Source of the DNA: Podarcis gaigeae
Lineage: Eukaryota
Direction: 5' to 3' (one strand)
Length of the DNA stretch: 64,000 nt
NCBI GenBank assembly: GCA_964106915.2
Contig: OZ066926.1
The notes beneath the pieces were generated by a model, which was given only the letters and a program-made list of their open reading frames with translations, did not search any database and had not been told where the DNA came from. A program made the translations under genes and the position numbers. Shown here one piece after another: positions 36,421 to 50,335 of the stretch. Within the stretch, counting starts at the first letter, position 1; each line of letters opens with the position of its first letter.

Positions 36421-36780
36421 GGTAAAGGTAAAGGTACCCCTGCCCGTACGGGCCAGTCTTGACAGACTCTGGGGTTGTGCGCCCATCTCACTTAAGAGGC
36501 CAGGGGCCAGCGCTGTCCGGAGACACTTCCGGGTCACGTGGCCAGCGTGACATCGCTGCTCTGGCGAGCCAGAGCCGCACACGGAAACGCCGTTTACCTT
36601 CCCTCTGGTAAGCGGTCCCTATTTATCTACTTGCACCCGGGGGTGCTTTCGAACTGCTAGGTTGGCAGGCGCTGGGACCGAGCAGCGGGAGCGCACCCCG
36701 CCGCAGGGATTCGAACCACTGACCTTTCGATCGGCAAGTCCTAGGTCTGAGGCTTTAACCCACAGCGCCACCTGCGTCCC
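36421..36780 (-). mobile_element. Full-length young Sauria SINE
   Basis: 12-bp TSD tgaatattgtta; same subfamily as 35282. Confidence 0.95.
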
Positions 36781-36994
36781 ATGAATATTGTTACCTTTCT
36801 TTAAAAGAAAAGGAGAGATAGCGAGAGCCTGGCTACCTGATGCCGTGCAGAAGGAAGGGCAAGGGGAGCCCATCCCTTCTTCTCAATGTGCTACTTGAAC
36901 ACAAGGCCTGGTTACAGCCTGAAAGGTGCTTGATGGAGCAACCTAGCTGAAGCTCAGCAGGCCTGACTTTGGACAGGGCCTCGATGGGAGTAAG

Positions 36995-37130
36995 TTGGGG
37001 GACTGTAGCTTAGCAGCAGAGCAGCTGCTGGGCAGGCAGCTGGTATTGGGTTCAATCCCTGGCATGTTTCCAGGTGGAAGCTGAAAGAACCTCTGAAGAG
37101 GCTGCTGCTGCCAGCCAGAGAAGATGGACC
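36995..37130 (+). mobile_element. Degenerate tRNA-derived SINE
   Basis: ggggactgtagcttagc...gggttcaatccctggc resembles A/B boxes of a tRNA head. Confidence 0.45.
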
Positions 37131-38766
37131 AGTGGCAGGGCTTTTTCCCCCCAGCTGGAACTCAGTTCTGGCACCTCTCAAGTGGGCGCCATTGCCATTC
37201 TAAGAGAACAAGGGAGGTCCTTGTGGCAAGTTCCAGCACTGGCCAGGGTTCTGACCAGGTGTAAAGCAACTTCCTATAAAGGAGTATGAGATAACAAAAT
37301 GGACTGTGCTGCCCCTGGCTCTGTGCTAGGAATGAGCTTCCTGGATCCCATTTTGACATTATAATAAGAAATTGGGGGGCAGTAGGTTCTTCGGCTTATG
37401 GTTCGGAAATAGTTCCTTGGATTGAAACTTGGCGGTGTAGGAGAGGTGGGTTGAGAATGGTCCATGCCAAACTCGGGTAGGAAATGACTTATTCTGAATG
37501 AGCTGAATGTTTGATGAGTGATTCTCGCATTTTGACGGGTGATGTCCATTTCTGCCCATAGAGTTTGCTGAGGTGGACTTAGGAGAAAATGTCTGTGTTA
37601 TTAATGGGTCTTTTGGGGAAATGTTTTGTAAGGTCAAAAGGGAACATTTGGTATGTGCTGTTACCTAGTAGCAGTATAACATATTTGTAGATTTTATTTA
37701 AAAGGTACTTTCCCGGCTAATGTTACTCTATGCAGGCAGTAAGAAAATTCTCACACATGCTCAGTATGAACCAGTGTGGTCTCACAACACCATATACTTC
37801 TGAAAATGGAAAGCTGAGTCAGATTCCCTCAGAGCTAAAGTCTGTATTTCACTTGAGGAAAGCTGTATTAGGGAACTCCTTGCTGCAAGGAAAGCACTGT
37901 TTCACTTCTCACACCTTGTCATGGAATTTGTTCTAGGCTCTGTTTTTTCCCTTAGCCTGTTGAAGATGTAATATGATGGAGATCAGGATTGCAATGAGAG
38001 GTTTATTAAGATAAATGTTTGTTGCTTATATAAATTATATGCAGTTGTTTGGAATCCTTTACCTAATTACTTAGAAGGCAGGTGTTTTTACTAACTGCTA
38101 GTGACACAAATCAACACTGCAGTATTATGCAGAACTACTCTGCCTGGACTTCAGTCCTTCCATAGTTTGGCTTGTAGTTAAGTAAGTTTGCAAATAGTTA
38201 CAATGCATTTCAGCAACCTATAAAGTCCAAAGTGTGAATCCTATCTGTGCCATAAGCTCAAAAACTGTTTAAAAGGAAGACACTCTTTTTATCTCTTTCG
38301 CTGATTCTGCACTATGGAAGACTATTAACCTACTGGACAGAATTTTTGTTTCACGGTTTCAAAACTAATCATATCCCTGTGTGGGAAGAGGTACAGGAGG
38401 AGTAAGGAGGAATGTTTCACCTGCGGCTGTCCTCTACTAAAGCAGGGGGCTGGGCTAGAATCACTAGGTGGCCATTCAAGATCTTTCCCACCTTACCATT
38501 ATATGTGGATGGTGGGTATTACCAGTTAGGCGCCTGCAGCATGGAAAGAGTGGCTTCAGTTGCATAGGCTCAATGCGTTAGTGCAGTGAAGAGGCAAATC
38601 TGGGACTTGAGTTCAGTCTGCCACTATCAGCCATCCAGCTCCAAGGTGGTACAGAAGCTGGAACTAAACACAGGCCAGGACACCATACCATATCTCCTGA
38701 ATAATGCATTTTCCTGTAATTTCCCACCATTTTGAAACAAAAACAAAGAATATGTATTAACTAGAT

Positions 38767-38902
38767 CAGTGTTTCCCAACCTTGTGCCTCCAGATGTTTT
38801 TGGCCTACAACTCCCATCATCCCTAGCTAGCAAGACCAGTGGTCAGGGATGATGGGAGTTGTAGGCCAAAAACATCTGGAGGCACAAGGTTGGGAAACAC
38901 TG
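38767..38902. mobile_element. 136-bp palindromic hAT MITE
   Basis: Perfect 58-bp inverted arms with a 20-nt spacer; perfect 8-bp TSD AACTAGAT. Confidence 0.95.
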
Positions 38903-41659
38903 AACTAGATGTTGAAACTATGAATTCGCGTGAGAGAATCACACGCCCCTCCCATGAAAAAAGTGCTGCACATTGAAAACTAGCCTGTCAAGAGGGGGTG
39001 GGTGGGTTCTGGCCTAGTCTCTATCCTGACACGCTAGCTTTCTATCTGCAGAGCCCTTTTATATGTGGAGAAATATTCAGATATACCTACAGTGTAAAAT
39101 GGCGCAGCCCAGTAACAGCTGGTGCATATGATTCGCCGAAAAGGTTATTTTTTGCTTTACTCCTGCCCTTCCTCTTGCCATCCAATGTGTAGTAAATAGT
39201 TGGATTATGTTGCCATCCTCCGTTTAACAGATGTCAGCAGCCTGGATTAAGCAGTCTCAAAAAAGTGTTAAAATAGCCGTCTGTAGCGATCAACAGATTG
39301 AGGTCACATATTTTAATATTACACCATTAGTGCCCCATTAACCAACTTCATCCATCCATTGTAAGATAACACAGTACATGCTTCCATCATTTCCCCTCTC
39401 TTAAAGCAACAGTCAATAAAACCTCACTTTGGGTTTTCTGGTTTTACTCTGTGGAAGGAGAAATAGGCAGAATCTGACTGGGTTTTTTAAAATAGTTGTC
39501 AAGGAATAGCAAGGAGAAGAGGTTAACAAGGTAATACACAGCAGACTACAGGTGATTTGTGATGTTGTGTGATGCTGAATGAGAACACCTGTGCAGGAGA
39601 AGAGAGGGCCACCCAAAGTTATTCTAACCCTATATGCCCAGTTGCTCAGAAACAAGTGTGTAGAGAGTATCAATAAATAGTTGTGTTAGGGTGGAGCTAG
39701 GAGTTTCCTGTTACTGTTCTTGTTTAAGAGAGACAATAAAGTTCTTGTTCAGCTTCCTCACTGGTGTATCCTCTAAATCTTCCATGACAGTAAGTCCTCC
39801 TTGTTCCCTGATAAGTGTGCTTATGATTGCAGACTTTGTTGTTATTTTGATTGTGCAAACAATGAATTTGGTACTAGACAGAGAACTAGGCATCCTAAGA
39901 AACTCAACTTTCCTTAAAAATAATATAAGTTTCTAGTCCCTAAGGTTGCAATGATGAACATTTGACCATATTTGCTGCTCTCAGAAGGAAGGAGATGACT
40001 CTGCACATCTGGAGGGCACTGGCTTCAGGGTTTTACATGGTTCTTTCCATCCCATAACTAGCAAAATGTGATACAAATATTGCAAAACAAAATATGTACA
40101 GACACAAATGTATGGAAAACTTCATGCAGGTTGCCAACCAAGCTTTACTCAGAGTAAACCCATTGAAATTAATGGAGGTGAATTAATTATGGCTATAAAT
40201 TTCAGTGGGTTTACTCTAAGTAGGACTTGCATAGGATACAATCCTCGGCTTTCCTTGACTCAGCTGTGCACTCCTGATAATACACTGAAACTGACCATGT
40301 GTGTATTTTATATCCTGGTAGGGGAAGGAGGAGCCAAAATTTTCTAAGAATAGATACGAGGAGCCTATGACATATTGCTTTGGGCATATAAATTTTCCTT
40401 TTTATCGGGGTCAGCAACTGTTTGCGGGAATTTGATACTGCAGATATGCCATAAGTCATGTTGCCTGGCTGGTTGTAGTAATCAAATAGCCTCCTGTATA
40501 AATACTTTTTTTATTTACAAAGCCACAGCCATGGTGGATGCCACTGAGAAATATGGCCATAAAGTTGCTCATTTGATGCCATTCCTTGACAGAAAAAAAT
40601 CCAAATATTGCTGCGCATACTGGCATGTTGCTATGGCCACAGGAGGCCTGAATGACATCATGCCCTAGATCTCTTGTGAGCATTTATTTAGAAAGATGTC
40701 TCCATAGAAACATTTGTTTGTATATGTGTTTTTCTCTGATGTTACCAAGTGTTACATTTTAAATGTGGGTTTCTGTACCAGATTGCTAGCAACATTAATG
40801 TTAACATAAAGAGACACTATAAATACACTTAGGTCTCTTCACACCCCAAATTAGATAATTGGGGGAAAGAACCCATCAAAAGAATAAATACTGGGGGGGG
40901 GGGGTTGGGAGGAGAGAGAAGTAGTTGTTGGTTTTCCATGGAGTGCTCCTATGGCACACTGTGTCTTGACTTGTGAAAACTTCCACCCATGTTGTCAACA
41001 ACTCAAGTTCCACTTGCCAAGCTGTTTTAGCCCGGTTCCCACTGTACAGGTCACACGGGTCTCTCACCTGAGGCAAGCATGCCTGCATCATGCAAGTAGC
41101 TACAGCAAGTCAAGTAAGCCAGATGTGGCCGTTGTCCCTGACAGCTGGGTAGAGGTGCATTTTAGGCAAGGAAGCCTCTTCTGCCCTCCTTGTATCTTGT
41201 TGCTTAAGACTTCAAAGGGGTGATCATTTCACATTTGCCATTCCTTTAAAACAAGTCCTTTATGAAATTAGTTGGAGCAAAGCTGTGCTGGTTGAATGCT
41301 TCCTTGTGATCTCTGGAAACTCTGTAAATGCTTTATCTAATAGGGTGAGCTCTTCTTGTGGCTAATTGACATACACTTTCAGCTCTTGAAATGATGTGCT
41401 AACAATGTTTTCGGTGATCAGTCACCTGGCTTTCAAATCAATTGATCATTAAGCAGATAATCAAAATCTTAGTAGAAATGCATTTTTAAGGAAGCATGAG
41501 AAATACTTTGGATGAAGTTGCACTTTTTAATGTGTTGGGGCTATAGGTTTGTTTTTTGTTTTGGTCCTCTTTTTATTATGTATTTTGAGTTCTCATTTTG
41601 TATCTTTATGTTGTAAAGCCACCCTGTGATCTTCAGATGAAGGGTGGTATACAAACCTA

Positions 41660-41909
41660 ATTTTTTGCTCTATAAGACGCACCAGACCACAAGACGCACC
41701 TAGTGGAGGAGGAAAACAAGAAAAAAAATATTCTGAATCTCAGAAGCCAGAACAGCAAGAGGGATCGCTGCGCAGTGAAAGCAGCAATCCCTCTTGCTGT
41801 TCTGGCTTCTGGGATAGCTGCGCAGCCTGCATTCGCTCCGTAAGACACACAAACATTTCCCCTTACTTTTTAGGAGGGGAAAAGTGAGTCTTATAGAGCA
41901 AAAATACGG
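41660..41909. mobile_element. TcMar-type MITE (CCGTATTTT family), left TIR clipped, next to an L2 3' end
   Basis: Near identity to 27433-27680; preceded by an L2-type tail tgtaaagccaccctgtgatcttcagatgaagggtggtat. Confidence 0.85.
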
Positions 41910-42060
41910 TAATAATCATATCCCTGAAAGATCTGGTCTGAGGTTGGGGGTACTTTTAGAAGCCCAAACGGCCTGAAGGGCATTTCAGTAGCTGCGGTTT
42001 TTGTGCCAGATGTGGTTCTTCCTGAGAAAATTGGATCTTTCCATAGTTACACCTTTTTGG

Positions 42061-42270
42061 CAGGGCCGGCCCACTTGTGAAGCAAGGTGAGGCAACCTCC
42101 TCAGGTGGCAGGAACCTCAGGGCGGCAGATCTGGCCTCAGCTTCTGTCATGGTGGCAGCGACAGTTGTGCCGTGCTCCCACCCCCGTTCCCGATGTTCAT
42201 CTTAACTTCCCTCTTCTTCCCTGGCACCATTTTGTGGTTTGCCTCAGTACTAAACTGTCTTGGGCCAGAA
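42061..42270. mobile_element. Degenerate non-autonomous DNA transposon (related copies at 63030-63235 and 63600-63960)
   Basis: Shared motifs gcaaggtgaggca and accattttgtggtttgcctcag in both orientations. Confidence 0.5.
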
Positions 42271-44054
42271 AACAGAAGTACCATACTGGCCCAAATATAA
42301 GCCGCACCCACAAATAAGTCACACCTTTAAAATTCAAGGGGGGGGGGGAGAAAAAAAGACAATACCTGAATATAAGCCGCTCCCTTAAAATTGGGTTACA
42401 GGCTGAAAATCGCTGCGGTTGGTAGAATTGTAACTCTGAGCCAATTTAGGCCTTTGATCTTGCAAGCCCGCAAAAATTATCGTACAGTCGCTAAAATCGC
42501 AAATTGCTATTCAATTGCTACAATTCCACAGGCACTCACACCCGTAAATGGCAAATGAACAGTCTCAAGCTTGCAAATTGTCAATAAAACATTACCACTA
42601 CACTGTGTGGTGAGATCTTTTAAAAGCTATTAGACAAATCAATGGGTGCAAAAGTTCTCATGTTAAGGAATGGCAATTTTTAATATGTATTTGTTTTTAA
42701 TTTCTGTATTAAAATGGTGCTAAAATACCCAATAACCCTGGCCCACCTCCCAGCTGATCAATTTAAAGCCTATAGCCCTAGTTTTAATCCTGGAGATCCT
42801 GGGTGATCGCATTCTGCCTCGATATAGTTGGCACCTGCACAGCATGAGAATTGCTTTTGTGTTCTAACCTTGGGCTATACAGTAAATAGATGAGAAGAAT
42901 GCAGTGCGTCTCTTGAGAGAGTTTGCCTTTTGTGCCAGATACTAAGTGGACTGTCTTTTATAGGGTCTATATTCTCTCCTGGGCTGTGTCTGGGATACTG
43001 ATGTATGTTGACCTGAATCCGGGAATGTCTGCGATGCAGCTGTTCATGCTATCCAAAGCTGTTTCATGTGCATATAAATCAGGCCTGAATGATCTGAATG
43101 CCTGAAAGCAGAAAGCAGGCTGGTCAATTTGGGATTGGTATATATACCAAGTATATAGAGAACTAGTCCAATGCCAGTTTTCAAACACATTTGGAGCGCC
43201 TGAGCATGGGGACGCCAAGGAAAAATATCCCCGACTGGCATTTTTGCCAGTTCCAGGAGAGGGTCATTAGCAACCAAGGCTGCAGTCAGCCCCAAATTTT
43301 GTTGCTGGAAAACAAACTGCCTGGACTTCCACATGTGATGACAGCAGGTTCTGATGCTGCGGTCCAGCAAAATAAATGCAACATAAAGAAGGGTATAAAT
43401 ACAAAATTTATAGGAGAATTAATAGCAAGAAGCCAGCCAACCTTCAGCCAGTGTACTGAATCTTTGCTAAAAGGCTGGCTGTGCCCTGAAATGGGTAGGT
43501 TTCCCTCACTTTTTGGATAAATTTTCTTCCACACTTTTTTCTGGATGATTCTGAAGAACTGCACTCGTTTTGGGAGATCCATTGGTTGGCTCACAGCATT
43601 AGTTCTTGGACAGAACCTGGGTTGTAATACTGACCATGGAAGCTCAAATCAGTTTCCCTGTCTTCTTGTATTTTTTAGAGTTTAAAATCCATAGTGGGTG
43701 CATTGGAAAGGATCACAAGGGCCAGTCTAGTCCAACACAGGAATCTTTTGTCCAACGTGGGGTTCAAACCCGCGACCCTGAAAATAAGAGTCATGACAGA
43801 GCTATGTGCTTGTAGTCACTCTCCTGTAACAAGTATGATTGGGGTGGGACTTTTTAAACTTTTGCTTTTAGTTTGCAGATGACTAAGATGTATGTGTGGA
43901 CAAGCTGGCTAGTTAAAACAACAACATACAACACCTTATTTGTTACCAACTTTGGGGGACTAATTTGTGAGGCTTCCAAAGAGCTTTGCTCAGAATATCG
44001 TGGGGTTGCACATTATACTGGATTTTTTGTATCATTGACGGCCAGTTTTATGTA

Positions 44055-44313
44055 CCGTGTTTTTCGCTCTATAAGACGCACCAGACCATAAGACGCACCT
44101 AGTTTTTGGAGGAGGAAAACAAGAAAAAAAATATTCTGAATCTCAGAAGCCAGAACAACAAGAGGGATTGCTGCGCAGCGAAAGCAGTGATCCCTCTTGC
44201 TGTTCTGGCTTCTGGGATAGCTGTGCAGCCTTTATTCACTCCATAAGACGCACACACATTTCCCCTTACTTTTTAGGAGGGAAAAAGTGAGTCTTATAGA
44301 GCAAAAAATACGG
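44055..44313. mobile_element. TcMar-type MITE (CCGTATTTT family)
   Basis: Both TIRs present, TA flanks. Confidence 0.88.
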
Positions 44314-45171
44314 TATTTGCACTGCTGTCATTATTATGTGGTAAAGTGAGGTGAATTGGATTGTGATGTGCTTCTTATTTTCCAGCACATTTCAGTGGGG
44401 GATAAGGGAGCATGAGTTGTTCAAACCAGCACATCAAAATTGCTTCTACTCGTGTAACATTTGCTCAGCAAATGTGATGTTGTGTTGTGGATACAGGTTG
44501 ACCTGAAGGCTGCTTTCAACTGCAGAGTGAGTATCCATTAATCATGATGCTAGGCTGCCACAGCTACACGCCAGGCAAACAGAAATCCTGAGAGTAGAGT
44601 TACGGCACAAGAATGGAAACATTGGCTTGTTAAATGCTAACCAAGCAACAGATGAACTGATCACTTGGAGCTGCTTGGGACATGATTAAAAGAGGTAGCA
44701 AGGGATTTTGGCCAAAGGAGTACAGTGCAACGTATTAATTGCATCTTGTTACAGAATGGACTCCCATCAAAAAACAGTCTTTGCATGCTTTGACAGAGAC
44801 GATAATTGGTGTGAAATTTATGTACTATATATAGATAAAGGGAGACTTGTGTATTGCTAAAGGAGCCGAAATTGATGTTACATGAAACCATTCCTCTTTT
44901 GAGTTTTCACGTTGACTTCAATGATGTGGTTAATATCTAGGATTTTATTTTGTTTTTAACTCCGGAAGGGGTAGGAAATGCAAGCATGCACCTCTTGCCC
45001 TTTTTCATCTCTTGGTATTTTACTTATCCCATTTGAAAGTTGTAGTGATGTGGGAATGAGAGTTTAACTTCTAAAACCATGTACGTAGCACAGAAACTTA
45101 GTTTTATGCACTAAGGCCTATTCTGAGAAAGTAGAATAGTAAATAAGACACCTCTAAAATATTGTCCTGTT

Positions 45172-45525
45172 GGGACGCGGGTGGCGCTGTGGGTAAAACC
45201 TCAGTGCCTAGGACTTGCCAATCGTACGGTCAGCGGTTCGAATCCCTGCAGCGGGGTGAGCTCCCGTCTTTCGGTCCCAGCTCCTGCCCACCTAACAGTT
45301 CGAAAGCACCCCTAAGTGCAAGTAGATAAATAGGTACCGCTTTCTAGCGGGAAGGTAAACGGCATTTCCGTATGCTGCGCTGGTGCCGGTTCGCCAGAGC
45401 AGCTTCATCACGCTGGCCACGTGACCCGGAAGTGTCTCCAGACAGCGCTGGCCCACGGCCTCTTAAGCGAGATGGGCACGCAACCCTAGAGTCGGACACG
45501 ACTGCCCGTACAGGCAGGGGTACCT
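45172..45525 (+). mobile_element. Sauria SINE
   Basis: TSD taaaatattgtcct; full head and core. Confidence 0.92.
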
Positions 45526-46951
45526 TAAAATATTGTCCTATTTTTGCCATTTCTGCTTGTTGGGCAATTTTGTGAAATCCAGGTCCTCATATGTAAGATA
45601 TGCAGAAGTAGCACATAGATCAGATCGTAATCCCCTGTTGCTCTCTTCTTTCTGCTGGGTGCTGGTTTGCATAGGCAGTAATTGTGCCTGGGGTCTACCA
45701 TTGGCCAGACTGATCAGGGTTGCTGGCAATCCAATGACACTTGGAGGTCCACAGATGGGCCACCCCTACCCTAGAGCACCATTTCAAGACCCACTGGAGA
45801 CCAGGGTGTGTGGGGTCTTCACTCATTTTCAAATACAGTATCCTACTTCCCTGACCTCCAGCTGTGGACACCAGTGAATGCTGGAATCTCTCTTTGTTTT
45901 TGTCTCTGTTTGGACTTCCCAAAGAATAACTATGTGGGGTTGGGTGAGGTGAAGCTCACAAGGACATGATTTTTTTAAAGAGCTCTTTAATTATAATCAT
46001 GTTTCCTGCAAAACACTCCCCTGCAGAACAACTGTAGAAAAATCACCATAGCGACCAGTGCCGAGGTGAATTATAGCATCTGTTTACATTTTTAGGTTGC
46101 TAAACAGGAGATTAATATAGGAAGTGAAGGAAGCATGGCTGAACTTTTCCTCAGTGGGAAAATGAAGAGGCTGAATACAACAATGGCAGAAACTGAATTT
46201 AGCCAGGACACCTGAGTTAGTTTAACTTCCCTGTTTCCATCACAGCATTTGCCTGGAAACAGAAGCTTGAGGATCTGAATAGCAACACCATTGCCTAACT
46301 TTTTATGGGCAAGGTGATTTTCACACTACAATGCACTGGTAATATTTGAGGGCTTGTTCATATTATTAATGGTGTTGCTTTTAAAAAAAAAACCAACAAA
46401 AACTATGTTGTAGCTGAATATTGTTTTTCTCTAGAGAAACCATTTGGTTTGTAAAAAAATGTTGTTTCACATTCTCTACTTCCCTGAGGGACAGGAAGTT
46501 TCAGTGAAGCTGTTTTAGAGGCTCAAGTTCCTTGTGAGGACTTTGTTCTGGGACATGTGCTGCCTTTTGTTATAAACTACTTATTTACAAAATGTGTGAG
46601 TCTCTCACATGGGCAACTACAAGTTTCAGAGCAACACCAGCTTGCTACTCTAATGTTTCTAGAAGTAGTTTTTGCCCGCCACAGGTCTCTTAGCACCTTT
46701 AATAAACAAGCTTTACTCTCACATTATTTTTGTTTGTTCCTGCCTCGGGGGATGGAGTCAATTAATAATTTACTTTATTGCAGGAACAAATGACAGGAAA
46801 GATGCCAGTTTGATCTGAACAACCCTTTATGTATGTGCTTTATGTGTTTTTATCTTATGCTGGTCTATCATAATTGAGAGAATGAGTATTTGTACGCCCA
46901 ACTTCTACAGTTGCCCTATTGACTATTTAGCATGTGCTACTTATGGATGTA

Positions 46952-47302
46952 GGGATGCGGGTGGTGCTGTGGGTTAAACCACAGAGCCTTGGACTTGCCG
47001 ATCAGAAGGTCGGCGGTTCGAATCCCCGCAACGGGGTGAGCTCCCATTGCTCAGTCGCAGCTCCTGCCAACCTAGCAGTTCGAAAGCATGTCAAAGTGCA
47101 AGTAGATAAATAGGTACCACTCCGGCGGGAAGGTAAACGGCGTTTCCGTGCGCTGCTCTGGTTCGCCAGAAGTGGCTTAGTCATGCTGGCCACATGACCT
47201 GGAAGCTGTACGCCGGCTCCCTCAGCCAATAAAGCGAGATGAGCACCACAACCCCAGAGTTGGCCACGACTGGACCAAATGATCAGGGGTCTCTTTACCT
47301 TT
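46952..47302 (+). mobile_element. Sauria SINE (second subfamily)
   Basis: TSD tacttatggatgta; tail gatcaggggtctctttaccttt. Confidence 0.92.
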
Positions 47303-49992
47303 TACTTATGGATGTAGGTGCTTTTGACAGAATGTCTTCTGATACAACGGGGCAACTCTTTGGTGCAAGATTAGCTGCAGCTCTCTAATTGCCACACTTT
47401 TACCTTATGCTGACCTATGGCCATAATAAAGATTCCTCCTCCTCCTCTTCTTTCTTCTTCTTCACCTTTTTAAAAAATTCTTCACCAATTTAAAGCACAC
47501 ATGCGCGTGTCCGTGCACCCTTCATGTAGAAATTTAATAGACCAGGTAGAAGCATTATTGTAATCCTTAATACGCTAGTTTGTACATAAGAAAGGTTTTC
47601 ATGCTGTTTTCTCTCCCCAGCTTCCCGCCAGCCTGAAGTGCACAGCCAGAATTTTGATCCCTCCTTTAGCACAATTTGTAGAATGGGTCTTAAAATTTCC
47701 AGGTCCCTGCATTGTGACATTGGCAACTAACTCTCTCATCTAGGCCTGCTAGAATACTGTGGGTCTGGTTCACTGCGCTCCATTTTTAATCTTCTGGGTG
47801 TTATAATTTCACTGGCCTGATAGATGTTTCTGTCCTGTAGGTTCGTCCCACTGTTATGGCTCCACTATTTTTAGAAGATGTCTGAGCCTTCTCTTGGTGT
47901 TTCTTGCTGTTCAGAATGGATGAGTACTTGTCTTCTAGTTGTTTGCAGATTCTTCCTAGGCCCCAGCTCGAGATCAGGATGTAGCTGGCCTGGTTTATGC
48001 TAGGTTCTTTCTGGGCTGACTTAATAATGCTGCTCTCTTTAATTAACAGCAAAGCCATACCAGCTATGGTACCCTGCAGAAGTTACTTGGCATCCCCACT
48101 CCAAAACAGAAACCATCCAGACATTCATATATTTAGAAAGTCTTTAATTAATGTTCATTTTCCTTTCCTCCTTATTGGAGGTGTCTTTAAGTGCTACTCA
48201 CTATGGCAAATGAGGAAAGGTTTTATAAGCTGGAAAAGATTCCAGTTCTTCTTTTATTCTTTTCTAGGCTCTCAGTGTGCCAATGATATCTGAGATATTT
48301 ATAGGTTAGCAATGTCTGTGGATTCTGGAGCACTTTGCTGTTTCACAGAGGAAACAGCCCTAAGTGTGCAGTCATCAGGGTATTATATCTCATGGCTCCC
48401 TGAATATGTACCTCTCCAATAAATGTGTTTACAAATACACCGAGGGTTTTTGGAAACAAATATTATATTTTAGGTATACACATAAAGCATTTAGGATATG
48501 TACACCTTAAAAAATAGTGATGTGCAAATCAGCTCTTATCTGCAAGATTGATGGAGAGGCTCAGGAAAAAATAATGGGTCTAGCTCAAGAATCAACATCT
48601 TTAACTCGAAGGGCATGTTGGAACTGTTAGCGTAATGAGTACAAGAGGCTCAAGCAGGTTCCTTGGAACGCTCACATTTGTCATTTATGACCAAGAGCTC
48701 CCCAGGTTTTACAGAAATGAACTGCCCCCACTGTTGGAGGCAGTATGCCTCTGAACTGCAAGGGAGGAGGGCGCTGGGGCACTCAGGATTTGCTTGTGGG
48801 CTTCCCATAGACATCTGGTTACCGCTGTGAGAACTGCCCTGTGATTGGATCAAGGGCGGTATAGAAATTAATTACCGGTAATTGAATTAATTAAATGCTG
48901 GACTAGATGGACCTTTGGCCTGGTCTAGCATGCTCTTTTCTTCTGGACTCAAAATATTTATATTTATTTCAGAGATTTATATCCCTTCCCAGGCAGCTTC
49001 TACGACATGGTAAAACAACGGAAACTTAAATAGAAATGGAAAACAGAACAAAACCCATGTATGCTTGTAAACACCCCTGGTTTGAAATTTTCTGCTGCTC
49101 CACAGAATAATGTGCCTTTTGCTCAGCTGAAACGAGTGCCAGCTTGTCCCATTTATGGAGGCTATCAGCTTGTGCTAGGTAGGCATCTAGCATAGCAGTA
49201 AAGTGCTGTTCCTTGCAGTGATTTGTGGTACCAGCCAAATGTTCATTTTTTTATTCTGATACACTCAGCTGTAAGGATTATAGGCTTATTAAATTAAGGA
49301 AATCAGTACATGAATTTTTTTTTAGTCAATGGCAGCCTTTTTCTTATTCATATTTAATATCAGTAGAACTCCTAATTTAATGTGCCACAAGATAATGCCT
49401 CTCTTACAAATAATAATAATAATAATAAAAATAAATAAATAAATAAATGGAAACATGAAAATGATGAGCGAGTGGCCTTGTAACAGGACAGCAGGTCATT
49501 GTGCTGTTGTTAATCCTGTTCAATTGCTGACTTGCTCTGTGCTTAACAATAGTGGGAAACTATATTGTTTAAAGAAATGCTGCGTTGTTTGGATGTACTT
49601 CTCAGTAAACACAAGAGGCCACAGGGCAGTGCATATGAGGCATGGCTTGGACGCTGTCAGAAATCCCTCCACTGGCCTGAGAAATGGCTTCATAGCAGGA
49701 AGATGGGCAGACTGGCACTCGGATGGTAGCTGCCATCATCAGTTCACGTGCTGTTGCATATCTTACAAAGGGATGTGACAGAGAAATGTGAAGGGGGGGG
49801 GGTGAGTTAAGAGGGTCAGGAATGGACTGCAGTAGCAGCTCCCCCCCTCACTTCCTTCCTCTCAAGGGGTGCAAATAGCCAACGGCCTATAACAAGCCAG
49901 TAGTGAGCCACAAAATTCCCAGTTAGCAGCAACCTATTTAGATATAAAAACAACAACAATAACATGACTGAAGACTCTGAAATAAGATGTAA

Positions 49993-50335
49993 AAAGGTAA
50001 AGGTAAAGGGACCCCTGACCATTAGGTCCAGTTGTGACCGACTCTGGGGTTGCAGCACTCATCTCGCTTTATTGGCCGAGGAAGCTGGCGTACAGCTTCC
50101 AGGTCATGTGGCCAGCATGACTAAGCCACTTCTGGCAAACCAGAGCAGCGCACGGAAATGCCGTTTACCTTCCCATTTACCTATTTATCTACTTGCACTT
50201 TGACGTGCTTTCGAACTGCTAGGTTGGCAGGAGCAGGGACCGAGCAACGGGAGCTCACCCCGTAGGGGGGATTCGAACCGCCAACCTTCTGATCGGCAAG
50301 TCCTAGGCTCTGTGGTTTAATCCACAGCGTCACCC
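49993..50335 (-). mobile_element. Sauria SINE (second subfamily)
   Basis: (AAGGTA)n reverse tail, shared core. Confidence 0.9.

Noticed and set aside
37359-37637. Mitochondrial insertion (NUMT) suggested by strand bias
   Set aside because: No frame gives a recognisable mitochondrial protein, and I see no tRNA, rRNA or conserved-sequence-block motif; kept only as an unclassified element
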